From assembly GCF_008831285.2 (NCBI RefSeq), contig NC_045138.2, forward strand, positions 3,410,001 to 3,474,000: DNA of 64,000 nt, given 5' to 3'. Position numbers and translations under genes: made by a program. The DNA is from Nymphaea colorata. Lineage: Eukaryota. Under the pieces are notes generated by a model. The model searched no databases. It had not been told where the DNA came from and saw only the letters and a program-made list of their open reading frames with translations. Shown here one piece after another: positions 11,891 to 24,822 of this stretch (positions are counted from its first letter, which is position 1; each line of letters starts with the position of its first letter).

Positions 11891-13270
11891 GGCACGTGAT
11901 TCAGATTACGTAAGTCGTAGCTTATTCATCCTTGGATTTGAATAATCAAAATAAGCTAAAATAGGCACTCAGATTTGGTAACAATTTGCTAAAGTTGCGA
12001 GTGTCAATCTGATTTGCTTTGCTTTGTTGGATCTTATTAGGATTCACATCATTGGATCCATATCTAGATCAAATTTTGATTAAAATGGACATGCTAAGAT
12101 TTATAAATCTTGTCATAGTAATGGCCATATACGTCATGTTCGTTTTCAGCTTCATCTTGCATGATCTTAGTTATATTTGGTGGAATCAAGGTGAATATGG
12201 GTTTCTTAGATTTTTTATTTAGGTTTAGATGTAACAAGAACTCGGCCATATCCGTTCTCATGTGAACAGTTCATATGATCACTTTCTTATGCATCACACA
12301 GCAAGAAAAAAATATGCATTATTCCATATGAAGGCGTGTAAACTGCGTTTAGTATCCACGGATATCCAGTTGGAGGTGATCATAAGCAAGTATATAAGAA
12401 ACATTTTTAGAACAGTTCCTGTCATAAAACTCAAAAATGCATATTTGATTTTATATGGCCACACAGTAATTGCACAAACTTTTACTATTGAAGCTATGTT
12501 TTCCATCGGCTTGCTTCCCTTCTAAGCTTTCCTAAGGTGAAGAAAGTAAGTTTCTTCATGAAATAAAAATAAGTACGTCACATCAAATGGGTATCTTGGC
12601 TTGTTCTTTCTCCTCTGTCCCTTTCCTTCTCTTTCTCTCATCTTTTCCTTTCCTTTCCTCCCAAGCATCGTTCTTCATCATTGTCCACTGCATGAACCTC
12701 CCGTTCTTCATATTTCTGTCTTCCTTCTTCTTTTTCTACTTTCTTCTGCAGCTTCTTGTTCGTTTCTTCGTTTTCTCTTGCTTCTTCATTGCTGGCATGG
12801 CTTTCTTTTGGCTTTCGTGTGAAATGGAGTAGGTATTGAGAGCCGCTAGAAGTTCAAATCTGAAGCCTTGAGATACAGAAAAGTCGTTTAACGTGAAAAT
12901 GTTGAGATTGTAGGCCTTTTGAGAACCTACTGCATAAACCACACAGGTCTCTCATCTTTGGCGTCTAACCTAGAGGCTACAAAGGAATTGCAAATGTGAA
13001 TAGGCAACAAAGTTTTTAATTGCTTTCTTTTGTTCGTGCCTTCCCCACTAGTGCCAAAAGTTTGACCCAAAACAGATGAAATCTTCCCAAAAATTTGACA
13101 GAGACTACATATATACCTAACTTGGTTGGGAGGGAAGGCGATTCTTTTCTTTTTAGATAAGAAAATGTGACTCTTTCTCCCATACCTTTCATCCAAAAGC
13201 GAGAACACTTAGAAATTTTTTTAAAGAAACACCCATTTATAGGTGGTATAACAAAAACACGCTTGGCTTT

Positions 13271-13340
13271 GAATTTCTTTCATTTGACTGCAAGAAGAGT
13301 AGCGCGAATTTCTTTCATTTGACTGCAAGAAGAGTAGCGC
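13271..13340. repeat. perfect 35-bp tandem duplication abutting a MITE fragment
   Basis: GAATTTCTTTCATTTGACTGCAAGAAGAGTAGCGC x2 (13271-13305, 13306-13340). Confidence 0.95.
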
Positions 13341-13440
13341 TGCACAACAAGCCGAGCCAACTCGGGCTCGACTCGAACTCGCTCAAAAGATCACTCAAAA
13401 GAACGACTCGTGCTTGACTAATTTATAAACAAGCCGTGTT
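13335..13440. mobile_element. fragment of the CTCGAG-family hAT MITE
   Basis: TAGCGCTGCACAACAAGCCGAGCC...CTCGACTCGAACTCGCTCAA aligns with the 1049 copy. Confidence 0.55.
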
Positions 13441-14372
13441 CCAGCTTTGACGCTTTTTGTCAAACTGACGTCCAAAGGATTAATGAAAGTTAAATTAGCA
13501 ACCAAAGAATAGTAGGGGTCCCACACACACATATAACATATAAAGATTTATGACATACGCAAACGTGAGATTGATTGTGAACCGGCCAACCGATCAAATT
13601 GATTAATATGTAATTCATAAAATAAAAAAAATAAAGGTAAATTTTTACAAGTGATACTTCATTTAAAGCAGTTTATATGTGATACCGTGTAAACAATCAA
13701 TAAAGGTGATCAGAGCATTCATAAATCAATTTATATAGACTTTTTAATTATTTATTCTACAAGTTTCAAGAACCATATACATGCAAGTATATTCTGGTTA
13801 ATTTTCTTATGAAAAGTTTACGGGGAAATCTATCGCACAAGATTGCGGCGGATAAGGTCAAGTTTCCACAGATAGACATGGGTTGTAATCGTACAAGAAG
13901 TGCTATTTAGGGCCTTGAGAAAATCAAAGAATATGAAAAACAAGGTAGGAGGAAAGGCTTCACAAGGTATCATTTTTCTTGGGCAAGAAATATATAATTA
14001 GGAGAATTTTTGCTATGCATTTGAGAGGAGTCCAAGTCACAACATCATTTTACACCTGCATGCTATAATTTTGTTACCAAGGTCGGAGTTGACTGCTTGA
14101 TTCGGTTGAGTTCTAAAATAACCTGAATCAGGCGAGTCAAGCCTAGTCAGGCCGATGAGGCCAAGTCAAGAGCGAGTCAGGGGTGAGCCGGGCCAACCTT
14201 TCTGCAAAGGTCGTGATCATTAGGTATGCATTGGTTATATTCCTTAATGAATTTCCAGTACAGTTCACCACATTCGATCCAAGTTTCTCAATCAAATTGA
14301 ATCTGCTCCGAAGAGTTCCTTATGGCAGGATTGCAAGGACAATCTCAAAGTGCCAGCTAATGAAATTCTAAT

Positions 14373-14730
14373 CATAGTTAGGAAAAACTTTTTGGAATTT
14401 TAAACGCCTAGATTTTTGACTGGTATAATATAGCAAGTCGAAAAAAAACAGGAAAAAAGGAAAATAGGGTAAATTAAAAATAAAATTAAAAATGAGGAAA
14501 AAATAAAATAAGTGAGAAACAAACATCACAAAATAAGTAGATTTGCAAAAAATAAAAATTAGAAAATGAAAAAAGAAACTGTTTGGCATTAAAAAAACGT
14601 GAATAAAATGAAAAAAGAGGGATAAATGTCATTTTAAACTTGTTTTTTGCGTTTTTTTCATTTTAACGTTTAAAAGTTTTAAACAACAAATTTATTTATC
14701 GTATTTTTTTTTGCCTTTTTTGTGATTATA
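14373..14730. mobile_element. AT-rich MITE, CATAGTCACA-TIR family
   Basis: Ends CATAGTTA.../...TGTGATTATA; internal AAACATCACAAAATAAGTAGATTTGCAA...GTTTGGCATTAAAAAA matches the 31104, 34650 and 45955 copies. Confidence 0.6.
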
Positions 14731-15367
14731 ATTCCAACAAATGGTGTCATGGATCAATGCCCTCAAATCAGTCAACCGCACAGGGTTTTCATGGCATTTG
14801 TGTGGCTGCTAAAGTCTGTCGTTCTTTACTTCCTCCGGACATGGAATGGCTTCCAAAAGAGTGTTTATTTATGCGGTAAAGGGGCATTCTTCTGGAGCAA
14901 GCCTGACAAGGCACAAACACGACACTCTAAAGAGGCAGGGATTTCAACTTCCCAGCGGAAGTGAACTTTGATGTAATGGAGAGGAGAGCATCGACCTACC
15001 AAACTGCTTTTGTAATTGGTACTGCCCTTCCTTTCCTGCAAGAACTGTTCAGTAGGGTTCGCCGGTAGTCTTTGTCCGGAGACAAGCAGTTATAAGAGAC
15101 GTCATGACTGGGAGCCTTTTGTTTGCTGGTGTTACAGAGGTGGCCACTTCCTGTACAAGGTTTGGTTATTTACAACCTGGTGGTGCGTACGGTCGACGAA
15201 GAATAATATTGTTTATAGAGGACGGAAAATAGCCATCTCATTCGTTAAATAGTCTTATTCTTCCCTTGGGGGCAAAGCCCGCTATACCCTTACTTTACTG
15301 TGATTATGTTAACATACTCTTCTTCATTCTTTTAGCCTCCCAAACTCATTGCTAGGAGGCTCCTAAC

Positions 15368-15402
<35 letters not shown>

Positions 15403-17549
15403 CAATGACTGCACTTGCTTCCCATTTAGTTGTATTGATCATAGTTTAGATGCCAGAAATAGAAGACATAGCTAATGCTTTTCTAAAGGGTGTTTATTTA
15501 ACTTTAACAAAAAAGTTCGAATGAAATATTGCATTACCTTGTTCCTAAAGTATAATAGCTTAAACAAATTCCAATTTATGTGTCAATGATATTTCATTCA
15601 TATTTCAGTTAAATTCTTCGCTTGTGACTATTTTGGATCTCACTTGTGGAAGTAGAACGGAAAAGGTAGATTGATTACACAATCCTGTTCTGGACAAGAT
15701 GTCTAAGATGCAGCAGCGCCACCGACACCTTATTTGAAACACCCAAATCCATCACTTTACGTGAGACTCTCAAATGCATCGGTCGTATCCACCACTCACT
15801 GTTGTTTCACAAGAAGAGCCCACCTTGCTTGGCTGAGAGCTGAAGCTACCAACCTTCTTCCTACTAGTGTGCCATACTGCTTAGAGTTCTTCATGAAGAT
15901 AACCTCACTACGTTTGCGCAGTCGACCTGCTGATAGTTGTTATATTGACCTTCCGTGACCGAGAGAATATAGGCAGAGTCGATGCATAGACGTCAAAGGA
16001 CTAGCATAAACGTGGAAAGTCGATTCGGATCGATCTAGGCCATTGAAAAACATGAATTAACGAGGCACCAGAATGAAAATGAGAGAGGAAAGATTAAACA
16101 TAAGTTTGCTCAAGCAGATGGGACTTATTATGTCTTCCATCACATCAAAGGTGGTGCCAAGTTTAGAAGCTGCAGTTTTTATACTTCGAATTAATTGAAG
16201 AAATTAGCTGCAGATACATAATCAATGTCCTAAATGAATATTGCTAGGATTTTTACTTCGGTACTAGATCTGTAAGCCCACAAGGACTTGCACCAGTTTA
16301 TATTTAATAAAAGAAAAAAAAAAAGAACAAACAGAGAATAGTAGTAATAATAAAAAATAATAATAGTAATGTCCTAAACTTAGATAAGTACTTAATTATT
16401 ACAGTCCAGGAACAGAAAGTCCGGAAGGAAATTAACATGGTCCAAGTTATACTCAGTACAAAAGAGGAGGCTATATATGAGGCCTCTTGGGAACATGATA
16501 AAGCCTTTTCAGGAAAACATATGAGTATTATTTCTAAGGAATGCAGTGAGAGATGATATGCAAATACTAGCTAAGCGGACGACTAACAGGGGTTTTTGGA
16601 TTTTGGTGGTCAGAGAAAATGAACCCAGAGACCCAAAAAAAATCTCTCCCTAGGGTCACCATCTATGGCTTTTCATTTGAGGGTGGGTGATACTACACAG
16701 AAAGGGGGAGAAGAAGAGGAAAGAATTAATTGACCTACGGGTTGGAAGCTCCAATGCCTTATTGGAGCTCCTCTAATCCTCTAACTGAAGTTGAGGGCAG
16801 GTGGGGAGAAGACAGAAACAGCAAAGTTGAGTGCCAAAAACAAACATCAACTTTCTGATCAAGATCTGTCTGAGTCGGGGCTAAACTTCCCGGAGTTAGC
16901 CACGAATTTACAAACAAATTACCAAAACGAATTTAGCAGGGTACTCATCTTCCCTGTTTCTTAGGGATGACAAGCTGGTTTGGTTACACAAAAGGTTTAC
17001 AAAGTTTCTTCCTAGTGATCAAACATTGATTCTAGGAAGGACAGCTAAATTTAAGAGTTAAATTTAGCTCTTAATCAGGGGCTCGGGACCTCGAGCAGAG
17101 GGGGTGGTTAGTTCCCTAATTGTACTGTACTTAACTCTTAGGCACACCAATGAGCCGGAACTCGACGCCGGAAGTTCGGCTCGATTGTATTAACCTGCGG
17201 GAGGCTAATCAGATTTTGAGTTAATTAGGACGATGCGTGAAGGAAAATGCTTGATGCATGACCAAAAATAGCTAGTCCCAACTGAGCCATCCTTGGAGGC
17301 TTACTGCCAAGACGAACCAATTAGCCCACATCCAGGCCAATTTTGTGGGGGTGGAGGGTTGAAGTGCCCCCAATAAGGGTAGGAGGCCTTATGTACCCAG
17401 ACCGGTGAGAGGATGCACTGGGTGCACATGCATGGAAAGGAAAGACACTAGACCTTGGCTTTGTGCATGAGTTAGTATGCATGGGCATATGCATTAAAAA
17501 AGGGAAGACGAAGGAGGGAGAGAGCCTTTTGTGTGACTGAGCTCAATTG

Positions 17550-20395
17550 CTATGCAGATGGCGGTTCGGACACGGTGGAAGGGGTGAAGGCAGGGATGAC
17601 AGAATGGAGACGGTAATGGTGAGGAGCCATGGCAGGAACCGCTGCAGCTGGGAGAGCCATGGTTATGCCTGTTGAAGAGCGAAGCACACTGTTAAACATA
17701 TCAGTACATATTCACATCAGTACTCAATGGCTTCAACCAAAAAAAAAGTAGGTGTACAAAAAGTAAAAAAAATCAATTAAAATTTGCCTTTGCTTTTTGG
17801 GTATATATATATATATATATATAGTGTGATTTTGGTGGTGGTGGTGCTGGTAGTGGTGACGTTACCCATGGGTGGATGCTTCTGTGGTACATACTGCCTT
17901 TTCATATTACCAATTTACATTCAGCAGGCATTTTATATGTTTGCAAAACGAAAAGGATTTCATGATGTCTTGAGCAAGTAAAATTTCACTGGATCAAACA
18001 TGGGTTAATGTTTATGAGCTTTCCCTCCATGAAAGGGTAAGATTCTCGGAAAAAAATTGGTGGGACTATTTTTCCCCGAAAATTTGATATTTGAGTCCTG
18101 GACATTGATGAGAGTACGTCTCGAGTGCAAGCAGCTCCTCTCTTCTCAAAATATGTTCTTCCACAACCATTTTGGTTTTGGATACCTCTAAATCCTTTCC
18201 TTGGTGGATCGGGTGATTATTGATACACAGTGACATTTGTCATGTCCTTTGATTACATTTGTTCAGGAGACGCTAAAGTCCTGCCTATTTTGACATTTTC
18301 AGACTAGTGAGGTCCTCTAAGCAAAGACTTCGGCTGTACGAGGGGCTAGACGAGGGGGGAAGAAGACACACCGCCATCCTCGTTTTACATTGTACATCGA
18401 TTTGGACCGTTGGCTGTTTTCTCAATCTTGATGTCACTTTTCAATGACTATACAGCCAACGCAAAGCATTAAATCCCACTTAGTGTTTGGCAGTAGGCTT
18501 ATTATAACCTACCTACATCTCTCCGAGTACATCTATATATTGAATACAACGATAGTCATCAAAACGTTAAATACACAAAAGCATTACTCAATCGGCATGG
18601 TTTAAGAAATAATTTCAGCTAGGTCAAAGTTAATTAGTTGATGTCTTTCCCCACCAAGTAGACCATGTTCTGCCGTTGAAAAATCTTGAACAGGGGCATG
18701 TCAAGCAAGACGCATACCAACTTTACCAGCTCTTTCCACAACAATACAAAAATAAATATATTAAAACTGTTTTTGGGATAGAAAAAGAAAGAGGATAAAG
18801 TTGGCCGTTCGTATTAGGCCAGATCTACTGTTGATAATTATACGTCCTACTTACGTACTACGTTTTTCTCGAATGCCAAATATTTACGGTTCATTTCTGC
18901 CATGCATGCTTGTGCAAGTGACGTGAAAAGACGATGTTTTAGGTAGGTGTGGCAACATACATATACATATTTGTATGCATATATATATATATAACCCCTC
19001 ATATTTTGCTGCATTTTGGAAGTTGATTTCTGATGCGCTTGATTTTGTTCTTTTCATATGTCAGAAACGACGTAGCGGATTATCTCGTTAAAGAAACGAA
19101 AGGAGAAGAGAGGGCGAACCTGTTGCAGGAGAGGGTGAGGCAGCGACGGAGAGAGCCCCTCCATAGTGTTGCTGTGCGTAACCAGGCAGAGTGGGGGAGG
19201 TGCCGGCAGAGTAGTGGAGGAGGTGGGGGAACTGCCCGTACCCCTGCCCATTTCCGTAGCCGCTACCAGCAGTGCCCTGCCCCAGTTGGAAGTACGGATA
19301 GAAGGCTGTCCCGGCCACGATCCCAGCTGCCCCCGCGTAAACTGGGTATTGGGCACCTGCCCCTCCATACACATTGTAATAGCTCTGCGTATTTCACATA
19401 CACCACCCATCAAAATCGATCTTCTACATCCACAAACCTTTTGTTGGGTTTTAACTAGACCTGTTAACTAACAAGGGCGGGAGAGCGACTGAGCGAGAGT
19501 TAGGGATCAAGGTGATCGGAATGGAGGCAATGAAGATGAGAAAGTGGTGAAGTTTTCGAAACATTCGGAGGCGTTTCACTGGCACAGTCAATCTGGTTTC
19601 TTTCTTGGTTTTTAAGCGACAAAATCTGTGCAAAGTGGGTCCATAAGACCGTGACTTTCTTTTTGGGCGGTTTGTAAAGTTTCGAACCAGTTGGCTTGGT
19701 ATACTGGGTGAACTTGACCGGTCCACAGTAGATGAGGTAGGCGCAGTGGTCTGGACAAGAACGGGCCTCCCAAGCTGCAGAATTCGTGCATGGGAAGACA
19801 GCAGAGAGAGAGAGAGAGAGAGAGAAAAAGAAAGAAAGAGAAAGAGAGAGTGTGTGTATGGAGAAGATGCTAAGAGTACGGGGAGGACTGTGGGGGAAGG
19901 GGCGGTGCTGCTGCACCTGCTGATTGCGTTTATTATAACGTGCAAGCCACATAGAGGGAGAGAGAGAAGCACATATAGTTTGCGTACTCACCGTCAGGTA
20001 ACTGTAGTCGGTCGAGTATGGAGAATACCTGAAAGACAATAATGAAGGGAAACGAAAACACGTCAAAGTGGATCAAAGCTAGAAATACACAGGTATGTAT
20101 CAAGCGTTGATATATGTACTGGAAAACGATCTTCCTTAGCATTTTCTGACTGAGAGCGTCCACTGTGTGTACGTATCTCTTTTCCTAAGCGACGCCATTT
20201 TAGAGGGAGAGAGAGAGAGCTTGCAAGTTGAAAGTGTATAAGCCAAGAGAGAGAGAAAGAGAGAGACAGCAGCAAGTTGACTCTGTATAAGCCAGCTGAG
20301 AGAGAGAAAGAGAAAGAGAGCTTGCAAGTTGAAAGCGTATGAGCCAGCTGACATGCAGTTCTTCTAAGCATGTGTTTGTGTTTGTATGTGTGGGC

Positions 20396-20437
<42 letters not shown>

Positions 20438-22572
20438 ACAATGTGAACCAGGGGATTGGTGTTTCTGTTCATTGAGGCACATACATCTCGACGGTATCAT
20501 CTATTTATAAGACATCAGGGAAAACTACATGTGATCACTTGTGACCACGGCACGGCACGTGCGCATGCATGTGCATGCGCCCATGCACGTGCCACCCAAC
20601 TCATCACCACTACCAACAATAAATTTTTCGCCTCTAATGGGAAGAAAGATAAAGGGAAAATGACCAAATAAATAAATGAATAAACTCACCCATACAGGTT
20701 GTAGGGAATCCCTTGCTGGATGGCATAATGAGGGAAGGTTGCAGAAGAAGGGTAAGGCGAGCCGAGTCCACCTTGTAGACCTGTATGAAACGAGTTCAGC
20801 AGCCTGAACCTGCTCCCCCCTGGTTCCACACACCCACCCACCCACACACACATCCAACTTGAATAAATAAAAACTTCTCACCATGAACCATGGTTAAACA
20901 TTAACTCAAGTTACTCAACCACCACACTGTATCCAAATCTTCCCTACCCACGTCTTCTTACTCATATGCAACCGATTCTTAAAAGAAGAAGATCCATGTT
21001 TGCTTCATCCTTATTACTTGTATCATTTCCCTTTTGTTGTAATAATGGCAGAAGAATAAAAGCAGAATATATCGAAAAGGAATTACTCTCTATAATCTGC
21101 TGCTTTTTTTATATTGGTTGAGCTGATCGATTTCACTTGGAAATTTTGTTCGAGTTAACATCCTTGATTTGGAAAAGCCAGGTATTTTTCTTTTGTCTTA
21201 GCCCACTGTTTAGTACCAGCTAGTAAAAACTCTGATGCTTCAAAGGTACATATTACAGGTGATGTATTAAAATGCAGTTGCCAGCAGCCATTTTTCAATA
21301 ATTCAATATTAAACTTCAAGACAAAGGAAAAAGGAAAAAAAATGTTTGCTTCGAAGGATACATCTTCAGCCAGTTGTCACTTTATTCTTTCAGAGAGAGA
21401 GAGAGAGAGAAAAGCATTCCCATTCTTTTCTATTTCGCTTGTGTCTATGCAACAAAAACATGAACCTAGCTAGTCATTATCTGTATGTATAGTAAAGCTT
21501 TTACTTCTGAAAACTTATTATTATTATATGAAAACAACAATGCATGTGATGTAAACCTTGGAGAAGATCTAGGCTTCATCGACAAAGAGATATAATTAAA
21601 TGATATATATATATATATATATGCGTGTTCTTTGTGTGTACCATGTTGGGGAGTGGAAGGTCTGGTCCTTTGAACTCCAAGAGAAGCTAGGTTACAGTTA
21701 GCCCTCCTTCCATCGATCACAGGCGTGGGATCCACGCAGGCTCTCATGGCTGCTTCAGGCTCTCGGAAAGTTACCTATGGGGAAAGAAAAAAATATCAAC
21801 TGCCATCCATCAAAATTGAGAAATATATACGTGCATGAGAAGGGGAAAGAAAGAGGGGGAAAAAAGAAAAGCAATAAGAAAAAAGTTGGATCGTAGGGCC
21901 TTCTTCTTTAAAGGGCACACACCGAAAAAGTTTTTCGAGAAAAACATCTCGGATCCTGAACATAACCCTAAAATCCCGGTTCCTTTTGTCCAAAGAAACG
22001 CGGATCTCATCATTAGAATCAGGAACTCGGTCGCATAAAATCACGAAATTTGAGGAAGTTTTGAGACTCGAGTCATGATCAGGCGACACCCACTGGCGTG
22101 GTGTGTGTGTTTTGGCAGGAGAGGCAGACGGAGATTGACTGCTACGTTTTCCTTCGCTTCCCGGGGGTCGGTCAAGCTTGGGGAATCGAGCCGGGAATCT
22201 TGGTTAAGGTCTTGGACTCATATAAAATATATACACACACCATTCCATCTGATCATTCCCAAGGAAATCAGGTTAGTGATGAGCCCGCCATTGAAGGCCT
22301 GAAAAATCAATACTCCGAAGTCCTAACCCTAGATTGATCAGTGATCATAGACACAAAGAAATCAAAACGGAAGATGAGGGACTCACGAAGCCGTAGCCTT
22401 TGGATCTCCCGGTGTTCTTGTCAGTGATGACCACGGCCTCTAAGATCTCTCCGAATTGCTCGAAGTACTTCCTCATGGTCTCCTTCTGCGTCTCCCAAGC
22501 TAGGCCACCGACGAAGACCTTGGTGTAGGTGGTGTCTCCAAATTGGCCGGGGATGTTGCCGGTCGGGGTCAT
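17550..22572 (-). CDS. RNA-binding protein, single N-terminal RRM, RBM24/RBM38 (ARP1-like) family; 6 coding exons, 289 aa
   Basis: Exons 22572-22387, 21774-21642, 20819-20690, 20028-19992, 19384-19120, 17668-17550 all have GT-AG boundaries and join in frame (870 nt). Protein begins [95 protein letters not shown] (RNP2/RNP1), then a Y/G/P-rich tail ending ...VSEPPSA*. Confidence 0.93.
20207..20350. repeat. three degenerate tandem copies of a GA-tract + GCAAGTTGA..GTAT.AGCCA motif in RRM intron 3
   Basis: GCTTGCAAGTTGAAAGTGTATAAGCCA / GCAGCAAGTTGACTCTGTATAAGCCAGCTG / GCTTGCAAGTTGAAAGCGTATGAGCCAGCTG separated by (GA)n. Confidence 0.8.
20397..20437. repeat. compound (TG)n(AG)n microsatellite
   Basis: Directly visible. 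Confidence 0.9.
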
Positions 22573-22890
22573 CTCCGGTGCCGGAAACTCGATCGCAGTG
22601 AACGTACGTCTTCCCCTCCTCTCCCCCCTCCCCTCCTCCTCCTGCGATGCTAGTGCTACCGACTCAACTAGAGAGGGAACGTACACACGGGGATAGCCGT
22701 TCACTGCCGGAAACTTGTTTCAGAAGAAAGCTGGATCTGGATGATAGTTGTTTGGCGATGAGGAGGAAGAGGAAGGAGGGGAGGGGCGAGGGAGGGAGGG
22801 AAGGTGGAGGGAGATGGGGAGGGAAGCAGCAGCAAGAGAGAAAGCAAAAGGAGGGAGAAAAAGGAAAGCCGGTAGCATACGGACTTCTGT

Positions 22891-22900
22891 ATTATATATA
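22891..22900 (-). promoter_or_regulatory. probable TATA box of the RRM gene
   Basis: TATATATAAT on minus, ~320 bp upstream of the ATG and just before a CT-rich 5'UTR. Confidence 0.55.
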
Positions 22901-24822
22901 CTGATATGTTATCCTCATCCACCCTCCTTAATTGCACCACAAGGACACAATATCCCGCGTATTTCTTTTACGTGGGAACGCACGTTTTACCAATCTGCCC
23001 TTCTCATTCTCCTATTTTCTGGTCAACCACCCTCCCGACCTTTTGCTTAGCCTTCTTGGCTCAGCCTTCAATAACATTCAAAGTCGACCTAAATTCCCTT
23101 TTATGTGTAGCCTATAGAGTAAATAAGCACCATATTTTATTATTTTGTAAAAATAAATAAGGACTTGAGATCATAGTTCTTTTCTCTACCATTTTTTTTT
23201 AAAAAGTTTCTTTACTAGTCCAATCTTCATGGAATAACAAAAAATGCGAAGTACTTCAGTTTTAAAAGTGTAAGTGACAATTCTTTATATATAATGCGCC
23301 CATTTTAAGAAGTTTAATTTGGTATTAAAAATTGTAAGAACCTTCAAATAACTTATAAAAGAGATTTTTAAGTAATTGGTTGTTGTAGTTTTTAATTTTT
23401 TATTTGTTCAAACTGAAACTATTAAGTGCAAATTAAGATCCATCAAACCAAAAGCCAATACTTAACATAACTTGATCATTGGATTATTAATAGGAAAGGA
23501 AAATAAGTGCATATGGAAATGAAGGGTTTAATGTGAAAGATTACGCCATAAGAATGAAATAAAGAAGAAAATAAGAGAAAATAACTATGGAGAAATAAAT
23601 GGTAGAGCTAAGACCCTCCTGGTGTCAGGTTAGTCAAGAAGGTGCGGTCCATGCCCAGAGTTAGGGGTCAAAATTGTCATTTGAATGATTAAAGGGTAGC
23701 TCCGTGATGTTGAACAAAGGAGGGGCTACTTTTGTAATTGCACTCATGGATGGCAATGGATCGCACTTTTCACATCATGACAGCAGCAGGCTTTTCCTTT
23801 TTTTTTTTTTTTTTTCTCGCTCTCCTCCTCCTTCTTTCCGTTATCGGTTTTTAAATGCCGATAATTGGTGGAGGAATTTTGACCGACCGAGTGAGTTACC
23901 GCCAGGCTGACAGCGCCGGCCGACCAACGGCCGGCAATGTCGCCGGAATATCTCAACCCTTCGCCGTGGGCCGAACATTTGATTTGTCCTTAACAAAGCA
24001 AACAGCGATTCATCTAATTAAACATTTTGGTTTCTAATTTTGATGTTTGTACAAGTAAAAAGCAAAAGGAGAATCTCTCTCTCTCTCTCTCAGTGTGAGA
24101 AAAGAGCGTGCTGCTTTTGTCGCCTTTTATTTTGTATGACATTTACGCCCTTGACCAACCTTCGGGTCTCTAATTTGGATCTGGACTGGATATCTAATCC
24201 GACTTACTGGCCGTTTCACTGTTGTCAATATTGACATGGGCGTCGGTTCGAGCTCAGTTTCTCACAAGCCCGAGCCAAGGGCTAAGCCCATGCCGAGTTG
24301 ACTGGTTCAAAGACAAGGGCGGTAGAAATTTGCCGGGAGGAAATTTGAACCGCCGACCTCACCGATGTACTTTCTTTTCTTTCCCGAGTTTCAAAAGCAA
24401 AACAGGAAACAAAAGCGACGAGGGAAGAAAGAAGAAAAAGAAAAAAAAGAATTCCACACTTCCGCTACGTTAAACTTAATGCCTGAGATCGGAACCTCAA
24501 TTTTTTTAAAAAAAATTACATATAATTTTATTAAAAAAATTTGTTTAGTTCATATAAAAAATTATATTTTACGTCTATAAGAATATTGAAACTATAGTTG
24601 GACTTTTATAATGAACAATTCCCTTAATTAATACATAAAACATCACTAACCTGCACACACGTCGATGTGGAATTTTCGTAAAAAGAATCAATTGAGATCG
24701 AAGGTTTGATCCATCGACGTCACGACGTTCTGATTCTATTATGCCAACGGGCTGTCGACGTAAACGGGACGGGTTTGATACGGATCTGGGGCAATGCTAT
24801 CAGTTTACCTATGGGCCATAGG

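Noticed and set aside
12560..12960. K/E/R-rich minus-strand reading frames
   Set aside because: Interrupted by stops in all frames with no recognisable domain; at most a decayed TE or pseudogene fragment
15640..15960. QARWALL-like peptide on minus suggesting gypsy RNase H
   Set aside because: Single short motif without supporting flanking residues
19033..20500. Multiple 95-190 aa ORFs overlapping the RRM gene
   Set aside because: Antisense or alternate frames of exon 5 and microsatellite-rich introns; the spliced RRM model explains the region
22573..22704. 44-codon in-frame extension upstream of the RRM ATG
   Set aside because: Starts at GTG, no family similarity, lies in a CT-rich 5'UTR; homologues start near MTP...FGDTT
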